Shown: positions 7,517-15,256, counted from the stretch's first letter. The stretch is DNA of 20,000 bases from an uncultured virus (IMG/VR IMGVR_UViG_3300028048_000078) (IMGVR_UViG_3300028048_000078); one strand, 5' to 3'. Translations and numbers: made by a program. The notes: a model not told the origin generated them from the letters alone.

Positions 7517-7545
7517 TTGACATATTAATGTTTTTGTAGTATACT
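7517..7545 (+). promoter_or_regulatory. SigA-type promoter P10
   Basis: TTGACA-17-TATACT. Confidence 0.9.
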
Positions 7546-7578
7546 TTAGTCATAGTCAAACAGAAAGGATGATGTGAT

Positions 7579-8067
7579 ATGAAGTATACTACAGAACAAG
7601 TCAGAAAGATGGTTTTTGCTTTCCGTGAGGATATGGCTTCAAGAGGTATTGAAGTCGGTAGAGTTTGGAGAGTAAAGTTTGGCAAGTCAGCACACACTTT
7701 TGGACTTTGTACCTATGAAGGACATGATATGTACACCATTACTATTAATGACTTAGCTTTGCATGGTGAAGTTATTGATACTATTGTACATGAGCTTATT
7801 CACACTGTTAAAGGTTGTATGAACCACGGCAAGAAGTTTCATGAGATTGCTGATATGTGCAATAAAATCTATAACCTTGATATTGGTACTCATGCTAGTA
7901 AAAAGGAGATTGAAGCTTGCAAGGAATATAGACTTAGGACTTCTAAGTATGTAATACAGTGTACTAAGTGTGGGAATACAATTTTTAGGACTAGAAGTTG
8001 TAGGCTTGTTAATCACCCTAATCACTATTCTTGTGTATGTGGTGGCGAACTTAGAAGAATCAGATGA
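7579..8067 (+). CDS. SprT-like zinc metalloprotease with C-terminal Zn ribbon
   Basis: FGLC, DTIVHELIH (HExxH), NHGKKF, Y...CTKCG...Y.CVCGG.L. Confidence 0.9.
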   Translation: MKYTTEQVRKMVFAFREDMASRGIEVGRVWRVKFGKSAHTFGLCTYEGHDMYTITINDLALHGEVIDTIVHELIHTVKGCMNHGKKFHEIADMCNKIYNLDIGTHASKKEIEACKEYRLRTSKYVIQCTKCGNTIFRTRSCRLVNHPNHYSCVCGGELRRIR

Positions 8068-8070
8068 TTT

Positions 8071-8089
8071 GTGGGGGATTTTCCCCCAC
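8071..8089 (+). other. GC-rich intergenic hairpin (weak terminator or processing site)
   Basis: gtggggga-ttt-tcccccac with a poor U-tract. Confidence 0.55.
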
Positions 8090-8117
8090 TAACTTTCTTA
8101 CAACGAGGTGAACAACA

Positions 8118-8303
8118 ATGTATACAATGGTTATTAGGCTTATACGGACAACTATAGGAAGTGAGGTTGATTTTAGTAGAATTGTAGCTACTCTTGATAA
8201 AGATAGTGGCTATGGCTACGAATATCTTAAAGACCATGTAAAGCTTCTTAATGTCAGTGCCTTGCCTAATGAATATTATAAAATTGATTATGAAGTTACT
8301 TGA
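8118..8303 (+). CDS. Hypothetical protein
   Basis: RBS GAGGTGA; stop in the -35 of P11. Confidence 0.75.
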   Translation: MYTMVIRLIRTTIGSEVDFSRIVATLDKDSGYGYEYLKDHVKLLNVSALPNEYYKIDYEVT

Positions 8304-8329
8304 CAGTTAATGTTTTTATATGATATAAT
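8300..8329 (+). promoter_or_regulatory. SigA-type promoter P11
   Basis: TTGACA-18-TATAAT, extended TG. Confidence 0.85.
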
Positions 8330-8349
8330 CTTCTTAAAGAGGTGATTAT

Positions 8350-9525
8350 ATGATAACTGTTATTGACAGTCCTTGTGGTCGAGGAAAAACTACCTATGCT
8401 ATCAAATATATCAATGAAAGACCAACAGACAATTTTGTGTATATTACACCATTTCTGAAAGAGGTTGAAAGAGTCATTGAACAAACCAATAAAAGATTTG
8501 TACAACCTGCTAATGTTGGTAATGGAAAATATGAAAGCTTAGTTAATTTGTTTAATAATAATAAAGACATTGTATCTACACATTCACTATTTTCTAAATG
8601 TAGTCAGAGTGTAGCTGAAAACATCAAAATGGGACATTATACCCTCATTTTAGATGAAGTTATGAGTGTTGTGGAAGTATTAAACCTTAAAAAGTCTGAT
8701 ATACCTACAATGTTAGATGCTGAGTTAGTCAGAATTGACGAAAAGACTAATAAACTTATATGGTTAAAAGACGATTATGATGGAGCTTACAATGAAATAA
8801 AGGAAAGATGTGAAAACAATAATATCTATGTTGTTAGTGGTGTAGCTATTATATGGACTTTTCCTGTAGAGATTTTTGAAGCTTTTGACAATGTAATTAT
8901 CTGCACATATATGTTTGATTATCAACTACAAAAGTACTACTATGATATGTACTCTGTAGAGTACACTAAAAAGTCTATTGTAGATGGCGAACTAGTTGAT
9001 TATATTGAACAAAAAGACAATCTTGATAAGTTACACATACTAGAAAATAACAAAATTAACCATGTAGGTGATGGTAAGTACGATTTGTCTAAGTCTTGGT
9101 ATGAAAGGCATAAGGGAAACTTAAAGGTATTACAAAACAATATTTATAACTATGTACATAACTTTTCCCCTACACTATCATGTAGTAAAGTTAAGTCTAA
9201 AGATGTTATTTGGACTACTTTTAAGGACTATAAGACTAAACTAAGTGGTAAAGGCTATGCTAATGCATTTATTCCTTGTAATTCTAGAGCTACTAACGAA
9301 TATATGAATAGTTTTGTTGTTGTTTATCCTATAAATATATTTGTTAATCCTATAGTAAAACAATTCTTTACTAACAATGGTGTAGAGATTGATGAGGATA
9401 ACTATGCTTTATCTGAACTAATACAGTTTATCTATAGGAGTAGAATTAGACAAAATGAGCATATTTTCTGTTATATACCTAGTCTAAGAATGAGAAGCTT
9501 GTTATATAACTATATAATGCCTTGA
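8350..9525 (+). CDS. SF2 helicase-like ATPase (DEAD/DEAH-like; possible origin-binding/replication protein)
   Basis: Walker A DSPCGRGKTT, motif Ia YITPF, STH, Walker B LILDEV, motif V-like RATNEY, motif VI-like QFIYRSRIR. Confidence 0.85.
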   Translation: MITVIDSPCGRGKTTYAIKYINERPTDNFVYITPFLKEVERVIEQTNKRFVQPANVGNGKYESLVNLFNNNKDIVSTHSLFSKCSQSVAENIKMGHYTLILDEVMSVVEVLNLKKSDIPTMLDAELVRIDEKTNKLIWLKDDYDGAYNEIKERCENNNIYVVSGVAIIWTFPVEIFEAFDNVIICTYMFDYQLQKYYYDMYSVEYTKKSIVDGELVDYIEQKDNLDKLHILENNKINHVGDGKYDLSKSWYERHKGNLKVLQNNIYNYVHNFSPTLSCSKVKSKDVIWTTFKDYKTKLSGKGYANAFIPCNSRATNEYMNSFVVVYPINIFVNPIVKQFFTNNGVEIDEDNYALSELIQFIYRSRIRQNEHIFCYIPSLRMRSLLYNYIMP

Positions 9526-9741
9526 CAATGTATGTTCTGCTCTTACTGAGCAGATAAAGCTAAAGCTTTATAACTTTAACACTTTGAAGGTGTTAAAATT
9601 GAAAATGAAGCTAGTAATATCAAGGCTTCCAGCGATTTTCCCTTAAAGAATAGTAAGAGTAAAATAAGAAATAGAGAATGGATAATGAGTATACCCTTTA
9701 GGGTATACTTGTTTCCGTAGGAAACAGCACATACATTGTCA
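9523..9741. other. Inverted-repeat-bounded, hairpin-rich non-coding element (candidate origin or structured RNA)
   Basis: Ends TGACAATGTATGTTCTG / CAGCACATACATTGTCA (16/17 IR); internal hairpins near 9536-9554, 9575-9597, 9607-9629, 9688-9709, 9711-9725. Confidence 0.65.
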
Positions 9742-9785
9742 GAAGTGATTTTTTATGATTATCGAAAAAATTTATAAAATATTTG

Positions 9786-9814
9786 TTGACAGAGTATTTT
9801 GTTTTAGTTATAAT
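9786..9814 (+). promoter_or_regulatory. SigA-type promoter P12
   Basis: TTGACA-17-TATAAT. Confidence 0.85.
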
Positions 9815-9921
9815 AAGCTTAGAAAATCTGATAGGGATAAAGACAAATACATTCCTACAGAAGCAATTATTAATGGCTATGACAGTCATGGAAACTATAA
9901 TATTATAAGGAGAGATGTAAA

Positions 9922-10320
9922 ATGAGTATGAGAACTTGGTTGATTGAGGATATTTGTGACAGACTTGAAAATTGGGAAGGTAATGTAGTTGCTATTTCAG
10001 ATTTACCAAATTATCTGTATCAGTCAGCACTTGCAGATGGTAGTATCTTCTATAGTACATATGAAACTAGACAATGGATAGCTAAGTACTTTGAGGATAT
10101 TGCAGAAGTCATTGAGGATTATGAGGATGAAATTGAGGACTGTGCAGACTTGAAGCAAGTTTTCACAAATCCAGAAGCTTTCCATGTAGACTTGTGTTAT
10201 TTCTTGTGTAATCCATTGTTACATGAATCAGAGTGGATAGACGAACATGAAGATGAAGAAGTAGAGCTGACAGAGGAAATCATTGAAACCATTAAGGGAG
10301 AGCTTTTAGCTACTATTTAA
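9922..10320 (+). CDS. Highly acidic hypothetical protein
   Basis: RBS AAGGAG; D/E-rich. Confidence 0.85.
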   Translation: MSMRTWLIEDICDRLENWEGNVVAISDLPNYLYQSALADGSIFYSTYETRQWIAKYFEDIAEVIEDYEDEIEDCADLKQVFTNPEAFHVDLCYFLCNPLLHESEWIDEHEDEEVELTEEIIETIKGELLATI

Positions 10321-10328
10321 CAACAAAT

Positions 10329-10361
10329 AAGGGACTATTTTATATAGTCCCTTTTCTTTTT
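10329..10361 (+). terminator. Intrinsic terminator
   Basis: aagggacta...tagtccctt + T run. Confidence 0.85.
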
Positions 10362-10371
10362 AAAAATTTTA

Positions 10372-10400
10372 TTGACAACAAAAACATTAAGTAGTATAAT
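10372..10400 (+). promoter_or_regulatory. SigA-type promoter P13
   Basis: TTGACA-17-TATAAT. Confidence 0.9.
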
Positions 10401-10434
10401 GTAATTACAAAATAACAAAAGGGAGTGTTAAACA

Positions 10435-10800
10435 ATGAAAATCAGAGATTTTATCGGTAATAGTGATTACTGTAGTAATGAAGAACTTATTGAACTTTGG
10501 AACAACCATTGTATTTTAGCAGGATATGTAGATGATATGTGTCACCCTATGAGTCAGTTTGATGATTTAGTAGACACAGACAGACCATACAAAGAGGTTA
10601 TTAAGAAATTAGATAGTAACTTTAACCATAATCACTCAGTATTTTGGATTAATGGGTGCGGTTATATCTGTAGTGGCTATACATCAGATTATATCAATAA
10701 GGTAGTTGATATTGATTTGTTAGCTGATAGCATAGAGCTAAATCCTAGTGACTTTGATACTTTTGATTGGGACGAAGTTACAGATATTCAAAATTCTTAA
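10435..10800 (+). CDS. Acidic hypothetical protein (GYICSG family)
   Basis: RBS GGGAG; NFN..H.V(F/Y)W....GYICSG shared with 6459..6905. Confidence 0.85.
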   Translation: MKIRDFIGNSDYCSNEELIELWNNHCILAGYVDDMCHPMSQFDDLVDTDRPYKEVIKKLDSNFNHNHSVFWINGCGYICSGYTSDYINKVVDIDLLADSIELNPSDFDTFDWDEVTDIQNS

Positions 10801-10809
10801 AAATTTGTG

Positions 10810-10838
10810 TTGACACATAAATGTTTTTGATGTATAAT
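10810..10838 (+). promoter_or_regulatory. SigA-type promoter P14
   Basis: TTGACA-17-TATAAT. Confidence 0.9.
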
Positions 10839-10871
10839 TAAGACATCAAATACAGATAGGAGTGATACTCA

Positions 10872-11360
10872 ATGAAGCAGGAATACACAAGTGCAAAGAC
10901 AAGTACAAAACAAGTACCTAGAACACACAAACATCTTATTAAGTATGGTGAAGGTTTTAAGAACTTTGATAATGGTGCAGGAAAGTACATGGATGGTACA
11001 ATGTATCTGTACGACCATAAGATTTTTAATCATAGGTACGACCCATTTAACGTATCAGAGGTGGAGAACTTTGGCTCATTATCCTATAAGGGCGAATACT
11101 TTACTAGTACAATAGCCAATGTACTCAATACAATAAAGGAAAAGGAAGTACAGTTAGATGTACTCAAAAGAAGCTATGACATGCTTAGAGAAGGTGGATT
11201 TTGCTTCATTTGTGTATACTATGATAAGAATAAGTCAGCAGGAGCTACAAGGAATGGCTGGCAGTGGCATAAACCATTAAAAGACTATGTTCCTTTAGTA
11301 AAAGAGGTTTTTGGTGTAAAGGTACACATTGAAAACAATATTATTGTAGCTATCAAGTAA
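10872..11360 (+). CDS. Class I SAM-dependent methyltransferase-like protein
   Basis: Motif I FDNGAGK, YDPFN, ANVLNTI, LREGG. Confidence 0.75.
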   Translation: MKQEYTSAKTSTKQVPRTHKHLIKYGEGFKNFDNGAGKYMDGTMYLYDHKIFNHRYDPFNVSEVENFGSLSYKGEYFTSTIANVLNTIKEKEVQLDVLKRSYDMLREGGFCFICVYYDKNKSAGATRNGWQWHKPLKDYVPLVKEVFGVKVHIENNIIVAIK

Positions 11361-11379
11361 GAGGTGGAAACACCTCTTA
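11358..11379 (+). other. Perfect hairpin with GAAA tetraloop
   Basis: taagaggtg-gaaa-cacctctta, no U-tract. Confidence 0.6.
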
Positions 11380-11399
11380 CAAAATTCTTAAAATTTTTG

Positions 11400-11429
11400 T
11401 TGACAATACACAAAACACCATGTTATAAT
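11400..11429 (+). promoter_or_regulatory. SigA-type promoter P15
   Basis: TTGACA-18-TATAAT, extended TG. Confidence 0.85.
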
Positions 11430-11461
11430 TAAGACATCAAATAACAAAGGGAGTGTTAAAT

Positions 11462-11833
11462 ATGAATTTTAGAGATGTAAACGGAAAGTTGTATTCCTAT
11501 TATGGCAAGCTTATTTTAAATGATTACGAGAGGGAACACAAAAGACTGTCTTACAGTAATATGTTAAAGGCATTAACTGATGATTGTTATATTCTTAATA
11601 ACACAATTGCTGATAAGTTTGAGTTTGACTTCTTAGACGAGAGTCTATACGACTTAGAAGAGCTGACAATTTATCAGTACTACATCATCAGCGAATACAC
11701 AGCAGAAAAGTTACAGAAGCACACAAACGAGATTATACTCTATAATGCTGATTTGGATATGTATTTGTTAGGTGTAGGGCATTTTGGTACATCTTGGGAT
11801 TATGTTTTAACAGATATTAAGATAGAGGAGTAA
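11462..11833 (+). CDS. Conserved-looking phage early protein (YQYYII...HFGTSWDYV)
   Basis: RBS GGGAG then ATG 11462. Confidence 0.85.
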   Translation: MNFRDVNGKLYSYYGKLILNDYEREHKRLSYSNMLKALTDDCYILNNTIADKFEFDFLDESLYDLEELTIYQYYIISEYTAEKLQKHTNEIILYNADLDMYLLGVGHFGTSWDYVLTDIKIEE

Positions 11834-11835
11834 TT

Positions 11836-11976
11836 ATGAAAAAAGATGTTGAAAGTCTATATGTTGAGGATATGATAGAGCGAACTACACAGAACACTAT
11901 TGATGATTGTATTATATTTATCAACATGCTATGTTGTTTAGCAGTAATGTGGATAATTTTTACAATTTTATCTTGA
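11836..11976 (+). CDS. Small C-terminally membrane-anchored protein (46 aa)
   Basis: MKKDVESLYVEDMIERTTQNTIDDCIIFINMLCCLAVMWIIFTILS; RBS GAGGAG; stop in the -35 of P16. Confidence 0.7.
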   Translation: MKKDVESLYVEDMIERTTQNTIDDCIIFINMLCCLAVMWIIFTILS

Positions 11977-12001
11977 CAGTGGTTTTTATATGGTGTATAA
12001 T
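11973..12001 (+). promoter_or_regulatory. SigA-type promoter P16
   Basis: TTGACA-17-TATAAT. Confidence 0.9.
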
Positions 12002-12032
12002 TAAGACATCAAATGAAGAGGGAGTGTACATC

Positions 12033-12245
12033 ATGGAACTTACTTACACTGACACAATTTATGATTTTCAAGGCTTGTATGACAATTTGTGGGAGTGCGA
12101 TTATGTACTTGAAACCATTGAGGATGCTGACAGAGAAGAAGAAGCATGGCAGTTAATTATTGAGTACAGTAATGGAAAGTCATTGACTGAAATTAACGAT
12201 TTTGTAAGATTTGATTTGTTAGATATTATGGGTTTGGGGGATTAA
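12033..12245 (+). CDS. Small acidic hypothetical protein
   Basis: True start ATG 12033 after RBS GAGGGAG (the track start at 11907 runs through P16). Confidence 0.85.
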   Translation: MELTYTDTIYDFQGLYDNLWECDYVLETIEDADREEEAWQLIIEYSNGKSLTEINDFVRFDLLDIMGLGD

Positions 12246-12284
12246 TTTCCCCCATATACCCTAACAATAAGGGAATGAGGGAAA

Positions 12285-12476
12285 ATGAGAAAAGAGTTTT
12301 ATAAAGAGTATGAACGAGTAAATGTTACTAAGGCCAGAACGGCTTTTAAGAAGAACAAAACAGTTATATATTGGAATGAGTCACAGTTGATAAACGAAAC
12401 AACAAAACCTAACTATGTTACAGATACAACAATATTTGATACACCAAAATTGAAGTATTTTATAGTGGTTGATTAA
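12285..12476 (+). CDS. Hypothetical protein
   Basis: RBS GAGGG. Confidence 0.7.
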   Translation: MRKEFYKEYERVNVTKARTAFKKNKTVIYWNESQLINETTKPNYVTDTTIFDTPKLKYFIVVD

Positions 12477-12583
12477 AATTGAGTATGAGTTATCGTTGTG
12501 TAACCTCCTTTAAACACACATTGATTAATACTACACAACACATCATCATAACACAACGATAATTTATTATATACTATTCTTAG

Positions 12584-12613
12584 AGAAAAGGCAGGGTTTT
12601 ACCTGCTTTTTCT
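12584..12613 (+). terminator. Intrinsic terminator (GCAGG...CCTGC family)
   Basis: aaaaggcagg-gtttta-cctgcttttt. Confidence 0.85.
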
Positions 12614-12631
12614 ATTGCTTAAAAATAATTG

Positions 12632-12660
12632 TTGACATCTTAATGTTTTTGATATATAAT
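12632..12660 (+). promoter_or_regulatory. SigA-type promoter P17
   Basis: TTGACA-17-TATAAT. Confidence 0.9.
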
Positions 12661-12691
12661 TACATTATCAAATACAAAAGGAGTGTTAAAC

Positions 12692-12913
12692 ATGACTAAA
12701 ACAGTTGAGTTTGTATCCATTCAGCAAGTAGGGTGGAGTTATAATGGTGGTTTTTATATCAATGGAATTTTTGGAATTTTTGATATTCTTATTCTTAGGG
12801 ATAGATATAGAGTAATCCTAGAGTTTGAAGGGCATAAACATAAGTATCCTAGAATTGCAGACTTTATCACTAGAGAATTAAAAAAGGCTGTTGAAAATAA
12901 TTTTTATTGTTGA
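12692..12913 (+). CDS. Hypothetical protein
   Basis: RBS AAGGAG, ATG 12692; stop in the -35 of P18. Confidence 0.8.
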   Translation: MTKTVEFVSIQQVGWSYNGGFYINGIFGIFDILILRDRYRVILEFEGHKHKYPRIADFITRELKKAVENNFYC

Positions 12914-12938
12914 CAGTCACAAAACATTGTGCTATACT
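12910..12938 (+). promoter_or_regulatory. SigA-type promoter P18
   Basis: TTGACA-17-TATACT, extended TG. Confidence 0.9.
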
Positions 12939-12969
12939 CAATACATCAAATATAAAAGGAGTGTTACAA

Positions 12970-13185
12970 ATGAGAAAACAAATTATTGATTTTATCCGCA
13001 ACAACAAAGAAGCAAATCAAGAAGCAGTTTATAGTGATGTTACTAGGTTTTTAATTAAACATCATGGTATAAAGCTTATTGGAAAAGGTACAGTTGATAT
13101 TGTATTCTCAGTATGGCAAATAGAGGATATACTTATATACATAGAATTGCATGGAGCTGATTTTAATTACACATTCTTAAACTAA
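12970..13185 (+). CDS. Hypothetical protein
   Basis: RBS AAGGAG, ATG 12970. Confidence 0.8.
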   Translation: MRKQIIDFIRNNKEANQEAVYSDVTRFLIKHHGIKLIGKGTVDIVFSVWQIEDILIYIELHGADFNYTFLN

Positions 13186-13193
13186 ACATAAAC

Positions 13194-13228
13194 AAGGCAG
13201 TAGTTTTTCTACTGTCTTATTTTTTTTT
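13194..13228 (+). terminator. Intrinsic terminator
   Basis: aaggcagtag...ctactgtctt + T run. Confidence 0.85.
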
Positions 13229-13229
13229 G

Positions 13230-13258
13230 TTGACAGTGATGTATTTATATAGTATAAT
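13230..13258 (+). promoter_or_regulatory. SigA-type promoter P19
   Basis: TTGACA-17-TATAAT. Confidence 0.9.
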
Positions 13259-13289
13259 TGAATTATCAAATAACAAAGGAGTGTTAAAT

Positions 13290-13580
13290 ATGGTTAATGT
13301 GTACAAAGATGGAGAATACGTTACAATAGGTACTGACAAGGGTGTATACCTTATTGGGTATGGAAAGCTTTTAGCTTTTAAACCATCAACAAAACAATAT
13401 GATAGTTATGGAATGTATATTGATAAAGGCTTTTATGACTCTTTTACACAAAGTAGCAACGAATTTGTTAATAATTGTGCTGACTGTATTAGCAGATTTT
13501 GTGGCAGAACACCAACAGATTTTATAAATCGTGTTAATAGAGGTGAATTCGCTATAAAAGATTTACAAAATATGTTCTAA
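13290..13580 (+). CDS. Hypothetical protein
   Basis: RBS AAGGAG, ATG 13290. Confidence 0.8.
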   Translation: MVNVYKDGEYVTIGTDKGVYLIGYGKLLAFKPSTKQYDSYGMYIDKGFYDSFTQSSNEFVNNCADCISRFCGRTPTDFINRVNRGEFAIKDLQNMF

Positions 13581-13586
13581 ACAATG

Positions 13587-13622
13587 ACTAGGCAGTATTT
13601 TATATATTGCCTAGTTTTTTTT
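13587..13622 (+). terminator. Intrinsic terminator
   Basis: actaggcagtat...atattgcctagt + T run. Confidence 0.85.
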
Positions 13623-13623
13623 G

Positions 13624-13653
13624 TTGACAACAAAAACATTAATGTGATATAAT
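13624..13653 (+). promoter_or_regulatory. SigA-type promoter P20
   Basis: TTGACA-18-TATAAT, extended TG. Confidence 0.85.
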
Positions 13654-13682
13654 ATAGAAAATCAAACAAAGGAGTGTTGTAA

Positions 13683-13937
13683 ATGAATTGTAACTATGTA
13701 TTAGTAAATCACACTGAAAATGATGTCACTTGTTTTGTAGGTAACACAAAGGACAAACAAAAATTTAAAGAGTGTGCAGACAATAACGGAATGGAATTAT
13801 ATATGCATATTCCATTAAATAGTAATGACTGTGTAAACCTTGACTATTTATTTTTGGGCATGTGGCTGGCAAGTAAAGATACCTTTGAGTTTATGAAGGT
13901 ACTTGAAAGCTATAAGCAATTGGAAAAACTTACCTAA
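13683..13937 (+). CDS. Hypothetical protein
   Basis: RBS AAGGAG. Confidence 0.8.
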   Translation: MNCNYVLVNHTENDVTCFVGNTKDKQKFKECADNNGMELYMHIPLNSNDCVNLDYLFLGMWLASKDTFEFMKVLESYKQLEKLT

Positions 13938-14016
13938 TATATAATATAGAAAATTGTCAAGAGAATAGCTTATATTCTTACTTTAAAGATTATTGTAAAA
14001 ATATTTGATTTTTCTC

Positions 14017-14045
14017 TTGACAGTCACTTCTATATAGTGTAATAT
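14017..14045 (+). promoter_or_regulatory. SigA-type promoter P21
   Basis: TTGACA-17-TAATAT. Confidence 0.8.
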
Positions 14046-14094
14046 AATAGACAGATAAAGCAATTCAATAATTTTTTAAAAGGAGAGATGATTT

Positions 14095-14361
14095 ATGCGA
14101 GTAGGAAACATGGAAAGTACAAGAACAGGAAGGCCAGTAGCAAACCAATTTATCATTAGGGACAACGGAATAACGTATTTTCAAAGCTATGATGTTATTG
14201 TAGCAAAAATTGAAGGTGTGCAGGTAACCCTCGATAAAAATTATTGGGATTATAGCCGTACTACTGCAAAATACCGTAATGCATTTTTAGGTATGACTAC
14301 TAAGGAAGTAAAACAGAAAATTAAGGATGGAGATATCCTTCTCGATGATTTGAACAAGTAA
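14095..14361 (+). CDS. Conserved-looking phage early protein (ANQFII...FQSY...WDYSRTT)
   Basis: RBS AAGGAG; motif recurrent in phage early regions, function unknown to me. Confidence 0.85.
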   Translation: MRVGNMESTRTGRPVANQFIIRDNGITYFQSYDVIVAKIEGVQVTLDKNYWDYSRTTAKYRNAFLGMTTKEVKQKIKDGDILLDDLNK

Positions 14362-14376
14362 AGCACAACAACAAAG

Positions 14377-14407
14377 AAGCAGGAGCAAATTTGTTCCTGC
14401 TTTTTTT
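14377..14407 (+). terminator. Intrinsic terminator (GCAGG...CCTGC family)
   Basis: aagcaggagcaa..ttgttcctgctt + T run. Confidence 0.85.
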
Positions 14408-14417
14408 ATAAAAACAG

Positions 14418-14446
14418 TTGACAAACAACAAACAATAGTGTACTAT
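14418..14446 (+). promoter_or_regulatory. SigA-type promoter P22
   Basis: TTGACA-17-TACTAT. Confidence 0.8.
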
Positions 14447-14488
14447 AATAGACAGATAGACAAACAACTATTTAAAGGAGTGTTTACA

Positions 14489-14728
14489 ATGACAAAATCA
14501 GAAAAACAAAACTACTTGAACAAAAAAAGTGTAGGTTATTGGAGTGCATGTAGTGGTGTAGAAGTTAAAGAAATTATCTATGGTATTAATGACTATGCCG
14601 TTATAGTTACAGGTGCATGGAGTAGCAATAAGTCAGTACATAGAGTTAAAATCTACTATGGCAATAAAAGAGATTATATAAACATACATGGATATAGACT
14701 TTATTTTGACGAGTGTATCAGAATGTAA
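14489..14728 (+). CDS. Hypothetical protein
   Basis: RBS AAGGAG, ATG 14489. Confidence 0.85.
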   Translation: MTKSEKQNYLNKKSVGYWSACSGVEVKEIIYGINDYAVIVTGAWSSNKSVHRVKIYYGNKRDYINIHGYRLYFDECIRM

Positions 14729-14754
14729 GCAGGATTTTTATCCTGCTTTTTTTT
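14727..14754 (+). terminator. Intrinsic terminator (GCAGG...CCTGC family)
   Basis: aagcaggat-tttt-atcctgctt + T run. Confidence 0.9.
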
Positions 14755-14794
14755 ATTGGTTTTAAAATAATTCAAAAAGTTTTTATAAAAAGTG

Positions 14795-14822
14795 TTGACA
14801 GATGATTTTATATGAGTATAAT
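14795..14822 (+). promoter_or_regulatory. SigA-type promoter P23
   Basis: TTGACA-16-TATAAT. Confidence 0.75.
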
Positions 14823-14873
14823 AATAAGTGTAAGGACAACTTACAAATACAAATTTTATAGGAGTGATTATTT

Positions 14874-15239
14874 ATGGAACATTTAAATGAGATTTTAGCG
14901 GAGCTTAATTCTGTACGTACTGCAAAAAAGCAGTTAGCCACAAGGGAAAAAGAGCTTTTAAAGGCAGTTGAAACATACTTGCCACAAGGCTTTGAGCCTA
15001 TAACCCTTGAAACAGATGATTATATCCTAAAACGCTATACCGCATTAAGTGGAGATAGGTTTGATGTGGATGCAGTAAGGAAATTAGCAATTAAAAACCA
15101 CATTAAACTTGTGGAGCGTGTAGTTAAGCATAAGGTTATTGAGTCAGCCCTTGCTGATATCGTTGGGAATATTATCAGTGAAGAAGAATATAATAACCTT
15201 AAAATTTTGTGTAATAAACTAAAGATAGATGTAAAATAA
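14874..15239 (+). CDS. Hypothetical protein with N-terminal coiled coil
   Basis: RBS AGGAG; heptad pattern in residues 1-35. Confidence 0.85.
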   Translation: MEHLNEILAELNSVRTAKKQLATREKELLKAVETYLPQGFEPITLETDDYILKRYTALSGDRFDVDAVRKLAIKNHIKLVERVVKHKVIESALADIVGNIISEEEYNNLKILCNKLKIDVK

Positions 15240-15256
15240 TACAATACAAGCTTCTA

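Noticed and set aside
9523..9741. MITE or retron msr-msd interpretation
   Set aside because: No evident target-site duplication, transposase or reverse transcriptase in the window; kept only as a structured element.
9755..9925. 56-codon ORF MIIEKIYKIFVDRVF...RRDVK
   Set aside because: It runs through promoter P12 and has only a weak RBS (AGAAGTGA); possible but unsupported.
10891..11115. Alternate-frame ORF inside the methyltransferase-like gene (likewise 19109..19318)
   Set aside because: Fully nested in a motif-bearing CDS, with no RBS.
11907..14488. Track start positions 11907, 12907, 13227, 14438 (also 1095, 2771, 4629, 11453, 12683)
   Set aside because: They lie in or upstream of promoters or RBSs; downstream ATGs with proper SD spacing were used instead.
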